Shown: positions 29,688 through 39,321 of the stretch, piece after piece
How the letters are laid out: the number at the start of each line of letters is the position of its first letter
Numbering within the stretch: position 1 is the first letter of the stretch
Assembly (NCBI GenBank): GCA_023146045.1
Contig: JAGLCW010000201.1
Span: 1 to 62,946 of the forward strand
DNA: 62,946 nucleotides
Direction: 5' to 3'
From: Caldisericia bacterium
GTDB lineage: Bacteria > Caldisericota > Caldisericia > UBA6126
The notes under the pieces: generated by a model
Told to the model about the DNA's origin: nothing
Seen by the model: the letters and a program-made list of their open reading frames with translations, nothing else
Databases searched by the model: none
Translations under genes and position numbers: made by a program

Positions 29688-30746
29688 TTAATTCTCCTGT
29701 CCATTGTTTTCGCTTTTTTGCAATACATCCAATTTATAGCTTGTCAATCTTGCCGCAAGCTTAACGTTTAATCCACGTTGCCCGATGGCTAGTGAGAAAT
29801 AGTCATTAGCAATATATACTGTCGCTAAATGATTTTCTTCATCAAGGGTTACATTATCTCGTTCTACTTTTGCTGGGCTGAGTGAATTGGCAATGTACGT
29901 TTGAATATTTTCATTCCAACGAATAACATCAATTTTTTCACCGTTCAATCGTTTACCAACAGCATTAATTCTTGATCCTTTTGTCCCAATGCATGTTCCA
30001 ACTGGATCAATTTTTGTCTCCGTTGAATACACAGCAACTTTCGCACGACTACCCGGCTCTCTAACAATTTTTTTTACTTCTATCAAACCTTGTGCTAATT
30101 CTGGTATTTCCAGCTCCATCATGCACTTAAGTAAGTTTGGATGAGTACGAGAAAGCATTATCATTGGTTCACGCCTAGATTTATATACATAAAAAATATA
30201 GCAGTGGATAGTATTTCCAACTCTATATTTCTCATTTTTCATCTGCTCTTCGAAAGGCAGTACACCTTCCGCTTTGCTAAGTTTAACATATATTTTAGAT
30301 GATGTTATTTTTGATATTTCACCCATAACCATTGAGTGTTCTCTTGCTTTAAATTCATCAAATATTTCATCTTGATAGTTTTTGTGGATATGTTGCATAA
30401 CAACTTGCTTTACCACATCTGCTAATATTCTGTCAAGTTTTCCTAGGTTTAGTTCTGTGTCAATTAAATCTCCAAGCTCAATATCTGGTTTAACAGTTTT
30501 TGCTTCAGGCAAAGATACTTCTTTGTGTTCATCTTCTACTGAGATAACAACTTGCCTTTCTTCAATAACTTTCAATATCCTCATGTGTGGATTCATGACG
30601 ACTCTTATATTGTCGATAGTCCCATATGCTTTTTTGTATGCAGCTAAAATACCAGCTTCTATAGCTTCGTATATTGCATCTTTCTTTTTTATTTCTCGCT
30701 CTTTACAATAGAGATCAATCGCTTGAAAAATTTTTCCAGCTGGCAC
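29688..30746 (-). CDS. nusA: Transcription termination/antitermination factor NusA
   Basis: 352 aa with N-terminal domain, S1 and two KH domains (GTCIGTKGSRINAV, IGQRGLNVKLAARL). Confidence 0.95.
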   Translation of the reverse strand: MPAGKIFQAIDLYCKEREIKKKDAIYEAIEAGILAAYKKAYGTIDNIRVVMNPHMRILKVIEERQVVISVEDEHKEVSLPEAKTVKPDIELGDLIDTELNLGKLDRILADVVKQVVMQHIHKNYQDEIFDEFKAREHSMVMGEISKITSSKIYVKLSKAEGVLPFEEQMKNEKYRVGNTIHCYIFYVYKSRREPMIMLSRTHPNLLKCMMELEIPELAQGLIEVKKIVREPGSRAKVAVYSTETKIDPVGTCIGTKGSRINAVGKRLNGEKIDVIRWNENIQTYIANSLSPAKVERDNVTLDEENHLATVYIANDYFSLAIGQRGLNVKLAARLTSYKLDVLQKSENNGQEN

Positions 30747-30755
30747 AATAAACTC

Positions 30756-31196
30756 CTATTTTAGTATTAATCGACAATTTGCAATCTCTGCATATTGTAT
30801 AGATACATCTTTTGCATCGACTCTCAATATAACAATATCAGGTTCTTCTATTCCTACGATTACACCCAATAATGCTTTTTCATCGTTCAAAACGATTCTA
30901 GCTTTTTTTCCAGAAAAAAGTTTGAATTCTTGAAATCTTCTTATTTTTCTTTCGGCTCCAGGAGAAGATACATCTACTATAAAATCTGCATCTTTCCCGA
31001 GTAACATATTTAAAAAATCTCTAACAATTAGCGTAACTTTTGAGCAGTCATCAAGAGATACGTCTTGTGTCTTCTTATAAATCGCAAAAGACACTCTCAA
31101 AGTGTCATTCTTAATTGCCATTTTTAAGTCCAATGGAAAATATCCAGCCTTTTCTACAAAAGACTGGATTCCAACCATTATGGTTTTTTTATCCAT
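30756..31196 (-). CDS. rimP: Ribosome maturation factor RimP
   Basis: 146 aa directly upstream of nusA, with the VSSPGAERK motif. Confidence 0.88.
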   Translation of the reverse strand: MDKKTIMVGIQSFVEKAGYFPLDLKMAIKNDTLRVSFAIYKKTQDVSLDDCSKVTLIVRDFLNMLLGKDADFIVDVSSPGAERKIRRFQEFKLFSGKKARIVLNDEKALLGVIVGIEEPDIVILRVDAKDVSIQYAEIANCRLILK

Positions 31197-31199
31197 ATA

Positions 31200-31526
31200 C
31201 TAGTTATTTTTATCGATAAAAGCTTTAAGTTGTGCCTTTGGCAAAGCGCCAATAACCTTATCTACCTGTTCTCCGTTTTTGAACAATATCATTGTGGGAA
31301 TACTCACAATTGAATATTTTGCGGCTATTTCAGAAGCTTCATCAACGTTAACTTTAGCAAGTATTAGCTTTCCGTCTGATTCGCTTGCTAATTCTTCAAG
31401 TACAGGGCTAACCATTCTACAAGGTCCGCACCACGGAGCCCAAAAATCCACTATAACAGGCACGTCTGACTCTAGAACATCCTTTTTTAAATCCTCAAGA
31501 CTTTTAATTTCCACATAGTTACTCAT
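31200..31526 (-). CDS. trxA: Thioredoxin
   Basis: WCGPC active site. The ATG at 31526 (third codon of the ORF-track entry) lies 6 nt after AGGAG, so it is the preferred start. Confidence 0.92.
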   Translation of the reverse strand: MSNYVEIKSLEDLKKDVLESDVPVIVDFWAPWCGPCRMVSPVLEELASESDGKLILAKVNVDEASEIAAKYSIVSIPTMILFKNGEQVDKVIGALPKAQLKAFIDKNN

Positions 31527-31553
31527 TCTCATCTCCTAGTAATGTTTATTTAT

Positions 31554-31581
31554 AGTTTATCATGACCTTGTTTTTTTACAA
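31554..31581 (-). promoter_or_regulatory. Candidate sigma-70 promoter of the trxA-rimP-nusA-infB operon
   Basis: Minus strand TTGTAA-N16-TAAACT with a TG at the extended -10 position (caTGaTAAACT). It lies just downstream of the terminator of the giant-gene operon. Confidence 0.4.
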
Positions 31582-31583
31582 GT

Positions 31584-31625
31584 AAAATAAAAAAGTGGCT
31601 ACACTGTATGTAGCCACTTTTTTAT
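31584..31625 (-). terminator. Rho-independent terminator ending the giant surface-protein operon (bidirectional in form)
   Basis: 10-bp perfect stem AGTGGCTACA / TGTAGCCACT (31594-31603, 31609-31618) with a 5-nt loop. On the minus strand it is followed by TTTTTATTTT, on the plus strand by TTTTTT. The hairpin stem begins 23 nt downstream of the stop codon at 31642-31644. Confidence 0.8.
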
Positions 31626-31641
31626 TAAATATCTATATTCT

Positions 31642-34600
31642 TTATGGGTAAGTTAATGATGCTTCCCATAATTGGGCATTCCACCCAACTTTCATTCCCA
31701 TTGCCTCTGCCACAAACCTTAATGGAATCAATGTTCTTCCATTTCTTAACTCTGGCTCAGCAGGCATTGATTTAGTTTCTTTTCTTCCGTCTTTATGAGT
31801 AATCATTGCGTTTTTATTATCAATCCAAAGATCGATATGGATACCTCTGAAATCATAGGAAACTTTCTTGCTCGCGCCTTCCCATCCTACAGTTGCTCCA
31901 AATGATTCTGCAACAACTCTAAAAGGTACCATTGTGTGCATATTGTATTTCAAATACGGTGGAGCATCTAGTGTAATTGGGGTTGCATTCAAATATGCAT
32001 TTTCGACGCCAATTCGTAACTTTAGGCAACACCTTACAATAAATGAAACTGTTACTATGTTGGTATTACCAACTCTGTCTACAACAGTCATTTGCAATAC
32101 ATTATCACCAGCTAAAACACTCATTCCAATTACTCTATCAAAACTACCCATTGAACTTACTGGTATAATGATTTCTTCAAGATTTTTGGTTAAAGATTTT
32201 ACACTAACAGAATCTATTCCCATTTCTGTGCTTCCTTTAACCCTAATATTTGCATGAAGTTCATTTCCATTAGAAGTCCTACCAAAATAGACATCTTCAA
32301 CGGTCTGATATAACTGTGGCATAGAAACCATTAGAACTGGAGGATTTACTTTTACAATAATTCTGTAAGTTCCAAACGTAATATTTCCAGCTTCATCAAT
32401 AGCTTTTATTTGCAGAATATTCTCACCATTTTTCAAAGATAATAGTGTAGAGAAAGTATTTTCAATCAATGATACAGGTTGCTGATTAAGAGTAACCATT
32501 ACAGGCGAAACATCATTGATTTTTACAGACAATGCAAAGGCTTTGTCTCTTGTGTATACAACTTCACTTTCAAGGTTTGTAACAATCTCTGGACCTTCTC
32601 CATCGTATGCATAATCAACTTCATATACTTCAGACTCAGTACCCATACTTGTTACTATTCTATAGTATAGAGTATGTCTACCAGGTTGATTTAATACTAT
32701 TGGATCAGTATATTTTTTCTCTTGAGCATTATCTATGTGATAGTAAAAAGTACCAATAACGTTTGATGTAAATATTGCAGTTGGTGCAGTTACAAACCAA
32801 CCAGAAAGACCATCTGGATGGTCAGGAGTTAGCAAACAATCTATTTCTAGATTTGGTTCTACAGTGAATGGCTCTGACATTATTTGTGACGGCTCTTTAT
32901 CTGTCCAAATACTAATTCTGTAGTCGTAACCAGCTTTTGTAGGATTTATTATGCCTGCTTGTTTATAAAAGACAATTATTACATCTTGATTATTTGCGAG
33001 CATCATACTAAGTGGTATTGTCACAACTTTGTCTTTTTTTGCTAAAGAACCTGATAGTCTTACATTGTTTACTGAAACAAAACTTCCGTGTAATTCTTCA
33101 GGAAGAACAAAATTATTTAGAGATAAATAAATGTTTTCTCCTTTTAACAAGGCACCGTAAGGTCCTAAATTGAATCTAACACTAAGTTCTGTTGGAGCAG
33201 CAATAGTAGCAGGTTTTAATCCAACTTTAACATCTTCTAATGCAGATTTATCAACAATTTGGAATGGTTCAGATTCAACTGTTGATTGCTCCACAGAAGT
33301 ATAAAGTCTACATTGATACATACCTGGAAATTCAGGATTTTTTATTCCAGCTTCTTTTGTAACAACTATTTCATTTAATGATAAAGCTTGAATCGTTCTA
33401 TCCAATTTAATAATTATAGATTTACCAGACACAGTCGGATCTTTTGAAGGTATCATTCCATTAATAACAACACTTGTTCTGGTAATTCTTTTTGGTAGTG
33501 CAAAATTGTAATCAAAAACAATTACAATTAAATCTCCAGAATTCAATTCTCCAGATACACCAGTTGTGAATTTAACTTCATACGATGCAATTTCTCCTGC
33601 TATTACAGGATTTGGTGAAACAACAACTTCTGAAAGTGAAGAAACACCAATATGGTATGCTTCAGATGTTGAAGGAGTTGGTTGTTTTGAAGTAAAAACA
33701 GATAGATGATAGTCTTTCTCAGTTTCTGGATTAATGACTCCCTTAATTATTAATTCAACTTTTTGCCCACCGTTTAGCTCTTTTGGTGGAACTATTCTAA
33801 TGAATTTATTGTTTCTATCGACAAATGGAACTATAAACAATCCTGATCCATTTACGTAAACATCTTGTGCGGAAATATAGCTTGGTAAAATAGTTTCGGA
33901 AGGGAATCGTATTGTTATTGTATCTGCTACATTCCCAAGTTCCCCGTCTAATCCTAGCGTAAAACCAATCTCATACTGTGCCGTAGCTCCAACAGTTGAT
34001 GGAGTTACATTTATTTCAGGCATACTTACGGAGCCAGGAGATGCAACCATTTCCATTTGTGTTACTGATCCAAATAATGGATGTGTTATTGTAACATTGA
34101 ATGATCCCTCTTTTGAATCCATACAGTAAAATTCAATTGTGCTGGTTCCTTCTTTAATTTGAATTTGGTTTTGCGAAATCCAAGTTGTAGAAGATTTTGA
34201 AAAACTTACTGTTTGAGAATCAGCACTTAAAACAATCATTATATCTCTATTTGTAGGGAATGGATTACCAAATATATCAGATATATTTACGATGATTGGA
34301 TCTGAAGGCTTATTAACTCTTAACAATCTTGGTGGAGTTCCAAAAGAAAGTTTTTTCTTCGATCCCCTTATTGTTAATGTCATTATTGCAGCATTATAAT
34401 CTTCAGAAGTTGCAGTTATTGAAATATTGTTTTGCTCTAACTCAGAAACGTAGAAAGGCATTGTTTCTGAAAAGTTTGTTGACACTTCTGTGAAGAACTT
34501 ATTCGTTGTTGTCCAGGTTACACCATCTTGAGAAAATCTTGTTGTTGTTGATGATGATGCCAATATTACTGACGTAGAAGAGTTTTGAGAAATCAAATTT

Positions 34601-37600
34601 CCTAATTCATCTGTCATTTTTACAGTAATTGGTCCAATTATCCCAGATGGTTCAAATGAAGATGGAAATGATGCTGGCTCAAATCTTAAATCATTTACAC
34701 CATTTCTTACATCAATTTCAGCTTGAGCTTCTCTATATGAGTCATTTTGCCTTACAACAACTGTTAGCGTACATCTTCCTTCAGATGTAGCCAAAAACGT
34801 TATTTCATTTGGATTTGTCATTTTCTGTATTTTTCCAAGAGCTGGACTAACAGAATATGTATAGCTTACATTTTCAATTAGTTCTCCATAACTGTCGTAA
34901 GCAACAACTATGAATGGTGTTTTATTTCCTCTTGATGTTGAAACCTTTGATGGGGTAAGTACTATGTTTTCTAGACCACCAACAACTGTAACTGTTGCAG
35001 ATGCAGTTCTAGGAGATTGAGAGCCATATGAAACTGTAACAGAAATACTACCTTTTCCGGTAGAATTGGCATAAAACTCTACTCTTGGATCGTTAAAACT
35101 ACCAATCCAACCAATATCTCCAGAAATATTCCAACGATACTCAACACCCCTGCTAATTCTGTTTCCGTTTACATCGTATACAAAAGTAGCAAATGTTTGT
35201 GTTTTGCCTTCTTCTATTCTTAGTTCATCAGGTGTAATTTCTATTCTACCAATCTCTAAATCTGGACAAATAAAAATACTTCTATCTCTCCTGCCTAAAC
35301 CAGCACCAACAACTTCAAAATACATTGTATGTGTTCCTTCACTTGTATTTTGAATATCGGCATCTTTTGTAAACTTAATTGTAACCATATCGTTCTTTCC
35401 AATTGCTATTGGTGAGACTAAAGTTACTGTGTATTGAGCTACAACCGGTTGAGTTCTACAAATTGTAGATCCAAACATAATGTTATAAGTATCCAGAGAA
35501 GATGGAATAAAAGTACCATTAGGAAAAGTTATATCAATGGCGGTTGTATTCGCAACAATTGTAACTGGAGTATAAAAAGTAAACACATACTCTGCATTTG
35601 TGTACGGAGTACAAGGAGAAATCTCTGCAGTAATATGTAATGGACCTGTATTTGCATATATTGTATATTCATTAGACATTAATGGAGATATTTTTGAACC
35701 CTCTCTTAGTGTCCATAATTCTAAATTATATGTTGTAGCTATTGTAGGGTTCTTCACATGTGCATCTTCTGCAATAATGATCTCTATATTAGAATTACCC
35801 TTTATTGCTATAGGAGAGTAAACTTGAATAGTTCTATCTATAGGGTTTGTTAGTGGGTTAATGTTGCAACGAATATTATTCACTCTGATTCTATTTGAAG
35901 CAATAGACGCTGGAATAGTTGTGTCTGCAGGAAATTCTAAATTAATAGTGTCTCCCATATTAAGCCCACCATAGGTACCTGTTTTGAACCTTATAGTGTA
36001 TATACCATCTACACCGACAAATGCTGGTCTTACAGAAACAGTAGGAATAGTATAAGAAACCGGCGTAATTGTATATTCTGAAGAAGAAGTATAAACTTCT
36101 TCCTTTGATGTTTTTACAAAAATTTGGTAATTCCCTGGGGAAGAAGGGTTTAGCATTCCAGATTGCTCTGTGAAATAAACATACAAATTGTCTAGATTAT
36201 TTACATTAATAGGCGTTGTAAATGTTACAATATTATGGTCAATTTTAACATTTAGAACTGCTACCTCATTACCGCTTATTATTCCATCTTGATCTACTAA
36301 TATTGTACTAGCGGGAATAAATGATGGCAACCTTGTTTCTTGAGGTAACATTATAGAAACTGTGTCAACTCTCGCAGTTAATGCGCCTATCGGGCCAGTT
36401 TCAAATCCAAAATCCATACCACAATCTCTTCCAGCAATATTGCTAGATAGGGCTACCTGTATTGGTAAATCATTATTTATTTCTGTTGCACCAACACCCT
36501 GGATTTTTGAGTACAAATAATAAATACCTGAAACTGCAGATGGCTCGGTAGCGGTATAAACATATAATGTGAAAGGTTGTGGAGTTACTGTAACAACTGG
36601 GTTATCTATGTCAGCTGATTTTAAAAACTTGATTGATACTTTTGAGCTATGACTAATTGATGTAGGTAATGGAATTTGAACCATTTTTGACCCAACAGGA
36701 TATGGTGCTACAGCATCTAAAACAGATGATCCACTATTTACTGGAATATTGTTAATCAAAATATTTCCTGGTGGTATCATATTTGTTGGCACTGGGTAGT
36801 TTGTATCAAATATTGCTTTGTATTGAGGTGGGAATATTACAGTAACAAACTGTCCTGATGCTACTCCACCACTTGAACCAGTAAGAAAATCAATTTCATA
36901 TTCAGCGCCTTTTCCGTTTGTTGGTATTGCTGGTTGAGGAATACAATATCCAGATGCATTTGGTAAAACAGAAACTCTAACAGCTCCAGATACCGTACCA
37001 ATTGTATATATTTTTGATTTAACTGGCATTGTTTCTTTTGATGTATAAGCTGTTAATGTGTATGATCCAGGTTCTGCTGGATTCGATATTCCACAACTTG
37101 TAAGAAATATAACTTTTGCATTTGTTTTTTGTGCAATAGTTGGAAATCCAGTTGGTAATACTACAACAACTTTTCTACCATAGACTTGAACAGAAGATGC
37201 TGTCATTTCGACAACAGCAGTAACATTTACTATTCTTACATTGTTTGGATTTATGAAAGAAGGAATGCTTGTGCCTTCTGGAAATTCAATTGTAATCTGT
37301 TCGTTCTCTTTAAGTCCTTCATCTACGTCACCGAGCGTTAATAGAATTTCTTGTTGAGAAACAACTTTTATCCCTGGTTCTCCTAAGGTAACATAAATGT
37401 CTTTAACTGATGTGTAAACCATAAATGGATCTGAGATAAATGGATCGATATCCCTTGGTATTTCAATTTTTATAGTGAAAAATTTTGGGGTAACATCAAT
37501 TGTTGGAACGATAATTTTAGCTTGCTTAGCTATTGTAACTACAACAGGCTTACCACCTTCAATAGATTGTGGTACAAAAATTGCAATCTGCCTTGTAACA

Positions 37601-39276
37601 GGATTTACTGTTGCTGGTGCGGTTGTAGCTACGCCATTAATCTGTATATCGCCTGCTGGTATGTCTATTAATGGTATTCCAGTTCCTTCTGGAAAAGTGA
37701 GTGTAATTGTATCGTTATTAAAAGTATACAATCCACCAGAATTTCTAAGATTAAAATTAATCTTCCAATCTGCTTCTTCTTCCGATTTGTTTGGTGTTAC
37801 TTCAACACTAGTCGTTGTGTAACCTTGAATTCTGTAATTCTGAGAAGTTACAATTGATGGCTCTTGTGATGTTGAAAGTCGTAAATTATATACACCAGCA
37901 ATTTCTGGGTTACGAATGCCAGCATCGGTTGTGAATATAAAGCATACGTATTGACCTGCTAGAACAGTTTCTGGAACAATAAATGAAACTTTATTGCCTG
38001 ATATTTGCGGGTCATAAGGAACATTTTTTGTTGCTCCAGTATAAGGTAAAACTGGTACAACTACAGGAGTTGGAGTAGCTATCTTAATGCTGTAGGCAGA
38101 AATTGTATTTGGAATTGTTGTACCGGATGGAAATATCACATCTACCCTACCAGAATTTGCAGTAAGTTTTCCTTGGTCTCCAACTTTAAAAGCACAATGA
38201 TATTCGGCTACTGTGCCAATTTTATCTGGTTGTACTTTTACTTCTGGAGCTTCAAGAGAAGTGTTAAGTGAATATGGATTAGACTCCAAAGGTGCTTCTA
38301 CTTGAGTTATTCCGTCACTTCTAAAAATGGAAATATTGATTGACCGATTTTCAAGTAAACCACTAGGATTAATAATACCAGAAGCAGTACTGAAAACAAT
38401 TGTCATTTCTGGGGCATAACTAGATGTTGTATTAATATTATTTGGAATGATTAAATCCATTTCACAAAAACTACCGGTTGGATTTGGTGCAGGAATTCCC
38501 TCTGAAATGAATTGAGGATCTACTGTTGGTCTTGCACCATTTATAGTAATGGATTCTTTTGGTATAGGGGCTCTAATGCTTGTAGCATGAGTTGGATCAC
38601 CACCAGCAATCAAATTTGCATCCCATTCAATTCTTATTCTATCTCCAGAATACAGTTTTTTGCTTGTTCCGCTACCTAATTTTAATTTTATAGTGTATTG
38701 AGCTCTTTCTCCTGCCCTATTCGGCTCAGGATAAACAGAAGCTCTACTCATTTCACTAACAATTTCAAATTGTGAAGAAGAAGCTGTTTCTATTTGCCTT
38801 TGGTTATTTGCCGCAGTATCGTAAGTTCTAAGTTGCAGCGCATAATTTCCTGGCGTAGGAGGATTAAGAATTTTGGTGTTTACAATTTCAATCTGTTGAA
38901 ATCCTGGATCCACAGCTGAGTCACCAACTTCAAATGAAAGTTTGTTTCCATTTAAGATTACAGTTCCAGGCTTAACAGATGGAGGAAGAGCGGAAGCTAC
39001 AGGTTTCTGTAATGTTACATTAAAATCTGCTGCTACAAATGGATTACCTACAGACCTTGACAGTAAGTCAAATGCTGCAGGAAAATCGATTTCTATTCTA
39101 CCACCTAGTGGAATATTTTCCGTATTTGTAAATTTCAGCGTGTGATTGGCAGGTGTTCCTGCTGTATTTGGATTTGGCTCATTAACAAATGTAGTAATAC
39201 GTGAATATCCAACAGCAACAACGGAAAATGCTAATATAAATCCTAAAACAAGACTAATACACTTTTTGCCGTTCAT
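31642..39276 (-). CDS. Giant secreted tandem-module surface protein A (2544 aa from the preferred start)
   Basis: Preferred start is ATG at 39276, after AAGGAGGAG; the ORF track starts at 39312. Order: signal/TM segment MNGKKCISLVLGFILAFSVVAVG, about 9 repeat modules, 2 Big_2-like Ig domains, 2 further Ig-like domains, 3 modules, then the common C-terminal cassette. Confidence 0.85.
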   Translation of the reverse strand: MNGKKCISLVLGFILAFSVVAVGYSRITTFVNEPNPNTAGTPANHTLKFTNTENIPLGGRIEIDFPAAFDLLSRSVGNPFVAADFNVTLQKPVASALPPSVKPGTVILNGNKLSFEVGDSAVDPGFQQIEIVNTKILNPPTPGNYALQLRTYDTAANNQRQIETASSSQFEIVSEMSRASVYPEPNRAGERAQYTIKLKLGSGTSKKLYSGDRIRIEWDANLIAGGDPTHATSIRAPIPKESITINGARPTVDPQFISEGIPAPNPTGSFCEMDLIIPNNINTTSSYAPEMTIVFSTASGIINPSGLLENRSINISIFRSDGITQVEAPLESNPYSLNTSLEAPEVKVQPDKIGTVAEYHCAFKVGDQGKLTANSGRVDVIFPSGTTIPNTISAYSIKIATPTPVVVPVLPYTGATKNVPYDPQISGNKVSFIVPETVLAGQYVCFIFTTDAGIRNPEIAGVYNLRLSTSQEPSIVTSQNYRIQGYTTTSVEVTPNKSEEEADWKINFNLRNSGGLYTFNNDTITLTFPEGTGIPLIDIPAGDIQINGVATTAPATVNPVTRQIAIFVPQSIEGGKPVVVTIAKQAKIIVPTIDVTPKFFTIKIEIPRDIDPFISDPFMVYTSVKDIYVTLGEPGIKVVSQQEILLTLGDVDEGLKENEQITIEFPEGTSIPSFINPNNVRIVNVTAVVEMTASSVQVYGRKVVVVLPTGFPTIAQKTNAKVIFLTSCGISNPAEPGSYTLTAYTSKETMPVKSKIYTIGTVSGAVRVSVLPNASGYCIPQPAIPTNGKGAEYEIDFLTGSSGGVASGQFVTVIFPPQYKAIFDTNYPVPTNMIPPGNILINNIPVNSGSSVLDAVAPYPVGSKMVQIPLPTSISHSSKVSIKFLKSADIDNPVVTVTPQPFTLYVYTATEPSAVSGIYYLYSKIQGVGATEINNDLPIQVALSSNIAGRDCGMDFGFETGPIGALTARVDTVSIMLPQETRLPSFIPASTILVDQDGIISGNEVAVLNVKIDHNIVTFTTPINVNNLDNLYVYFTEQSGMLNPSSPGNYQIFVKTSKEEVYTSSSEYTITPVSYTIPTVSVRPAFVGVDGIYTIRFKTGTYGGLNMGDTINLEFPADTTIPASIASNRIRVNNIRCNINPLTNPIDRTIQVYSPIAIKGNSNIEIIIAEDAHVKNPTIATTYNLELWTLREGSKISPLMSNEYTIYANTGPLHITAEISPCTPYTNAEYVFTFYTPVTIVANTTAIDITFPNGTFIPSSLDTYNIMFGSTICRTQPVVAQYTVTLVSPIAIGKNDMVTIKFTKDADIQNTSEGTHTMYFEVVGAGLGRRDRSIFICPDLEIGRIEITPDELRIEEGKTQTFATFVYDVNGNRISRGVEYRWNISGDIGWIGSFNDPRVEFYANSTGKGSISVTVSYGSQSPRTASATVTVVGGLENIVLTPSKVSTSRGNKTPFIVVAYDSYGELIENVSYTYSVSPALGKIQKMTNPNEITFLATSEGRCTLTVVVRQNDSYREAQAEIDVRNGVNDLRFEPASFPSSFEPSGIIGPITVKMTDELGNLISQNSSTSVILASSSTTTRFSQDGVTWTTTNKFFTEVSTNFSETMPFYVSELEQNNISITATSEDYNAAIMTLTIRGSKKKLSFGTPPRLLRVNKPSDPIIVNISDIFGNPFPTNRDIMIVLSADSQTVSFSKSSTTWISQNQIQIKEGTSTIEFYCMDSKEGSFNVTITHPLFGSVTQMEMVASPGSVSMPEINVTPSTVGATAQYEIGFTLGLDGELGNVADTITIRFPSETILPSYISAQDVYVNGSGLFIVPFVDRNNKFIRIVPPKELNGGQKVELIIKGVINPETEKDYHLSVFTSKQPTPSTSEAYHIGVSSLSEVVVSPNPVIAGEIASYEVKFTTGVSGELNSGDLIVIVFDYNFALPKRITRTSVVINGMIPSKDPTVSGKSIIIKLDRTIQALSLNEIVVTKEAGIKNPEFPGMYQCRLYTSVEQSTVESEPFQIVDKSALEDVKVGLKPATIAAPTELSVRFNLGPYGALLKGENIYLSLNNFVLPEELHGSFVSVNNVRLSGSLAKKDKVVTIPLSMMLANNQDVIIVFYKQAGIINPTKAGYDYRISIWTDKEPSQIMSEPFTVEPNLEIDCLLTPDHPDGLSGWFVTAPTAIFTSNVIGTFYYHIDNAQEKKYTDPIVLNQPGRHTLYYRIVTSMGTESEVYEVDYAYDGEGPEIVTNLESEVVYTRDKAFALSVKINDVSPVMVTLNQQPVSLIENTFSTLLSLKNGENILQIKAIDEAGNITFGTYRIIVKVNPPVLMVSMPQLYQTVEDVYFGRTSNGNELHANIRVKGSTEMGIDSVSVKSLTKNLEEIIIPVSSMGSFDRVIGMSVLAGDNVLQMTVVDRVGNTNIVTVSFIVRCCLKLRIGVENAYLNATPITLDAPPYLKYNMHTMVPFRVVAESFGATVGWEGASKKVSYDFRGIHIDLWIDNKNAMITHKDGRKETKSMPAEPELRNGRTLIPLRFVAEAMGMKVGWNAQLWEASLTYP
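31645..32853 (-). other. Common C-terminal cassette of protein A (GW(Y/F) beta-sandwich + two Ig-like domains + copper-amine-oxidase-N-terminal-like domain)
   Basis: Last 403 aa: DHPDGLSGWFVTAPTAIF... ; LNQQPVSL..F..LLSLKNGENILQIKAIDEAGN ; ...MVPFRVVAESFGATVGWEG ... NGRTLIPLRFVAEAMGMKVGWN. Confidence 0.7.
34705..35268 (-). other. Two tandem Big_2-like bacterial Ig domains in protein A
   Basis: IEITPDELRIEEGKTQTFATFVYDVNGNRISRGVEYRWNISGDIG...GKGSISVTV and IVLTPSKVSTSRGNKTPFIVVAYDSYGELIENVSYTYSVSP...EGRCTLTVVV. Boundaries are approximate. Confidence 0.6.
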
Positions 39277-39321
39277 ATTCTCCTCCTTCGCGATGATTGT
39301 ACTATTTGACAATACATGATT

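Noticed and set aside
630-30711. Other antisense ORFs in the housekeeping half (e.g. 630..896, 4327..4680, 17746..18039, 18610..18846, 18895..19275, 22889..23302, 24191..24592, 26221..26655, 28505..28942)
   Set aside because: Each lies opposite a gene with unambiguous conserved motifs, and none has independent support.
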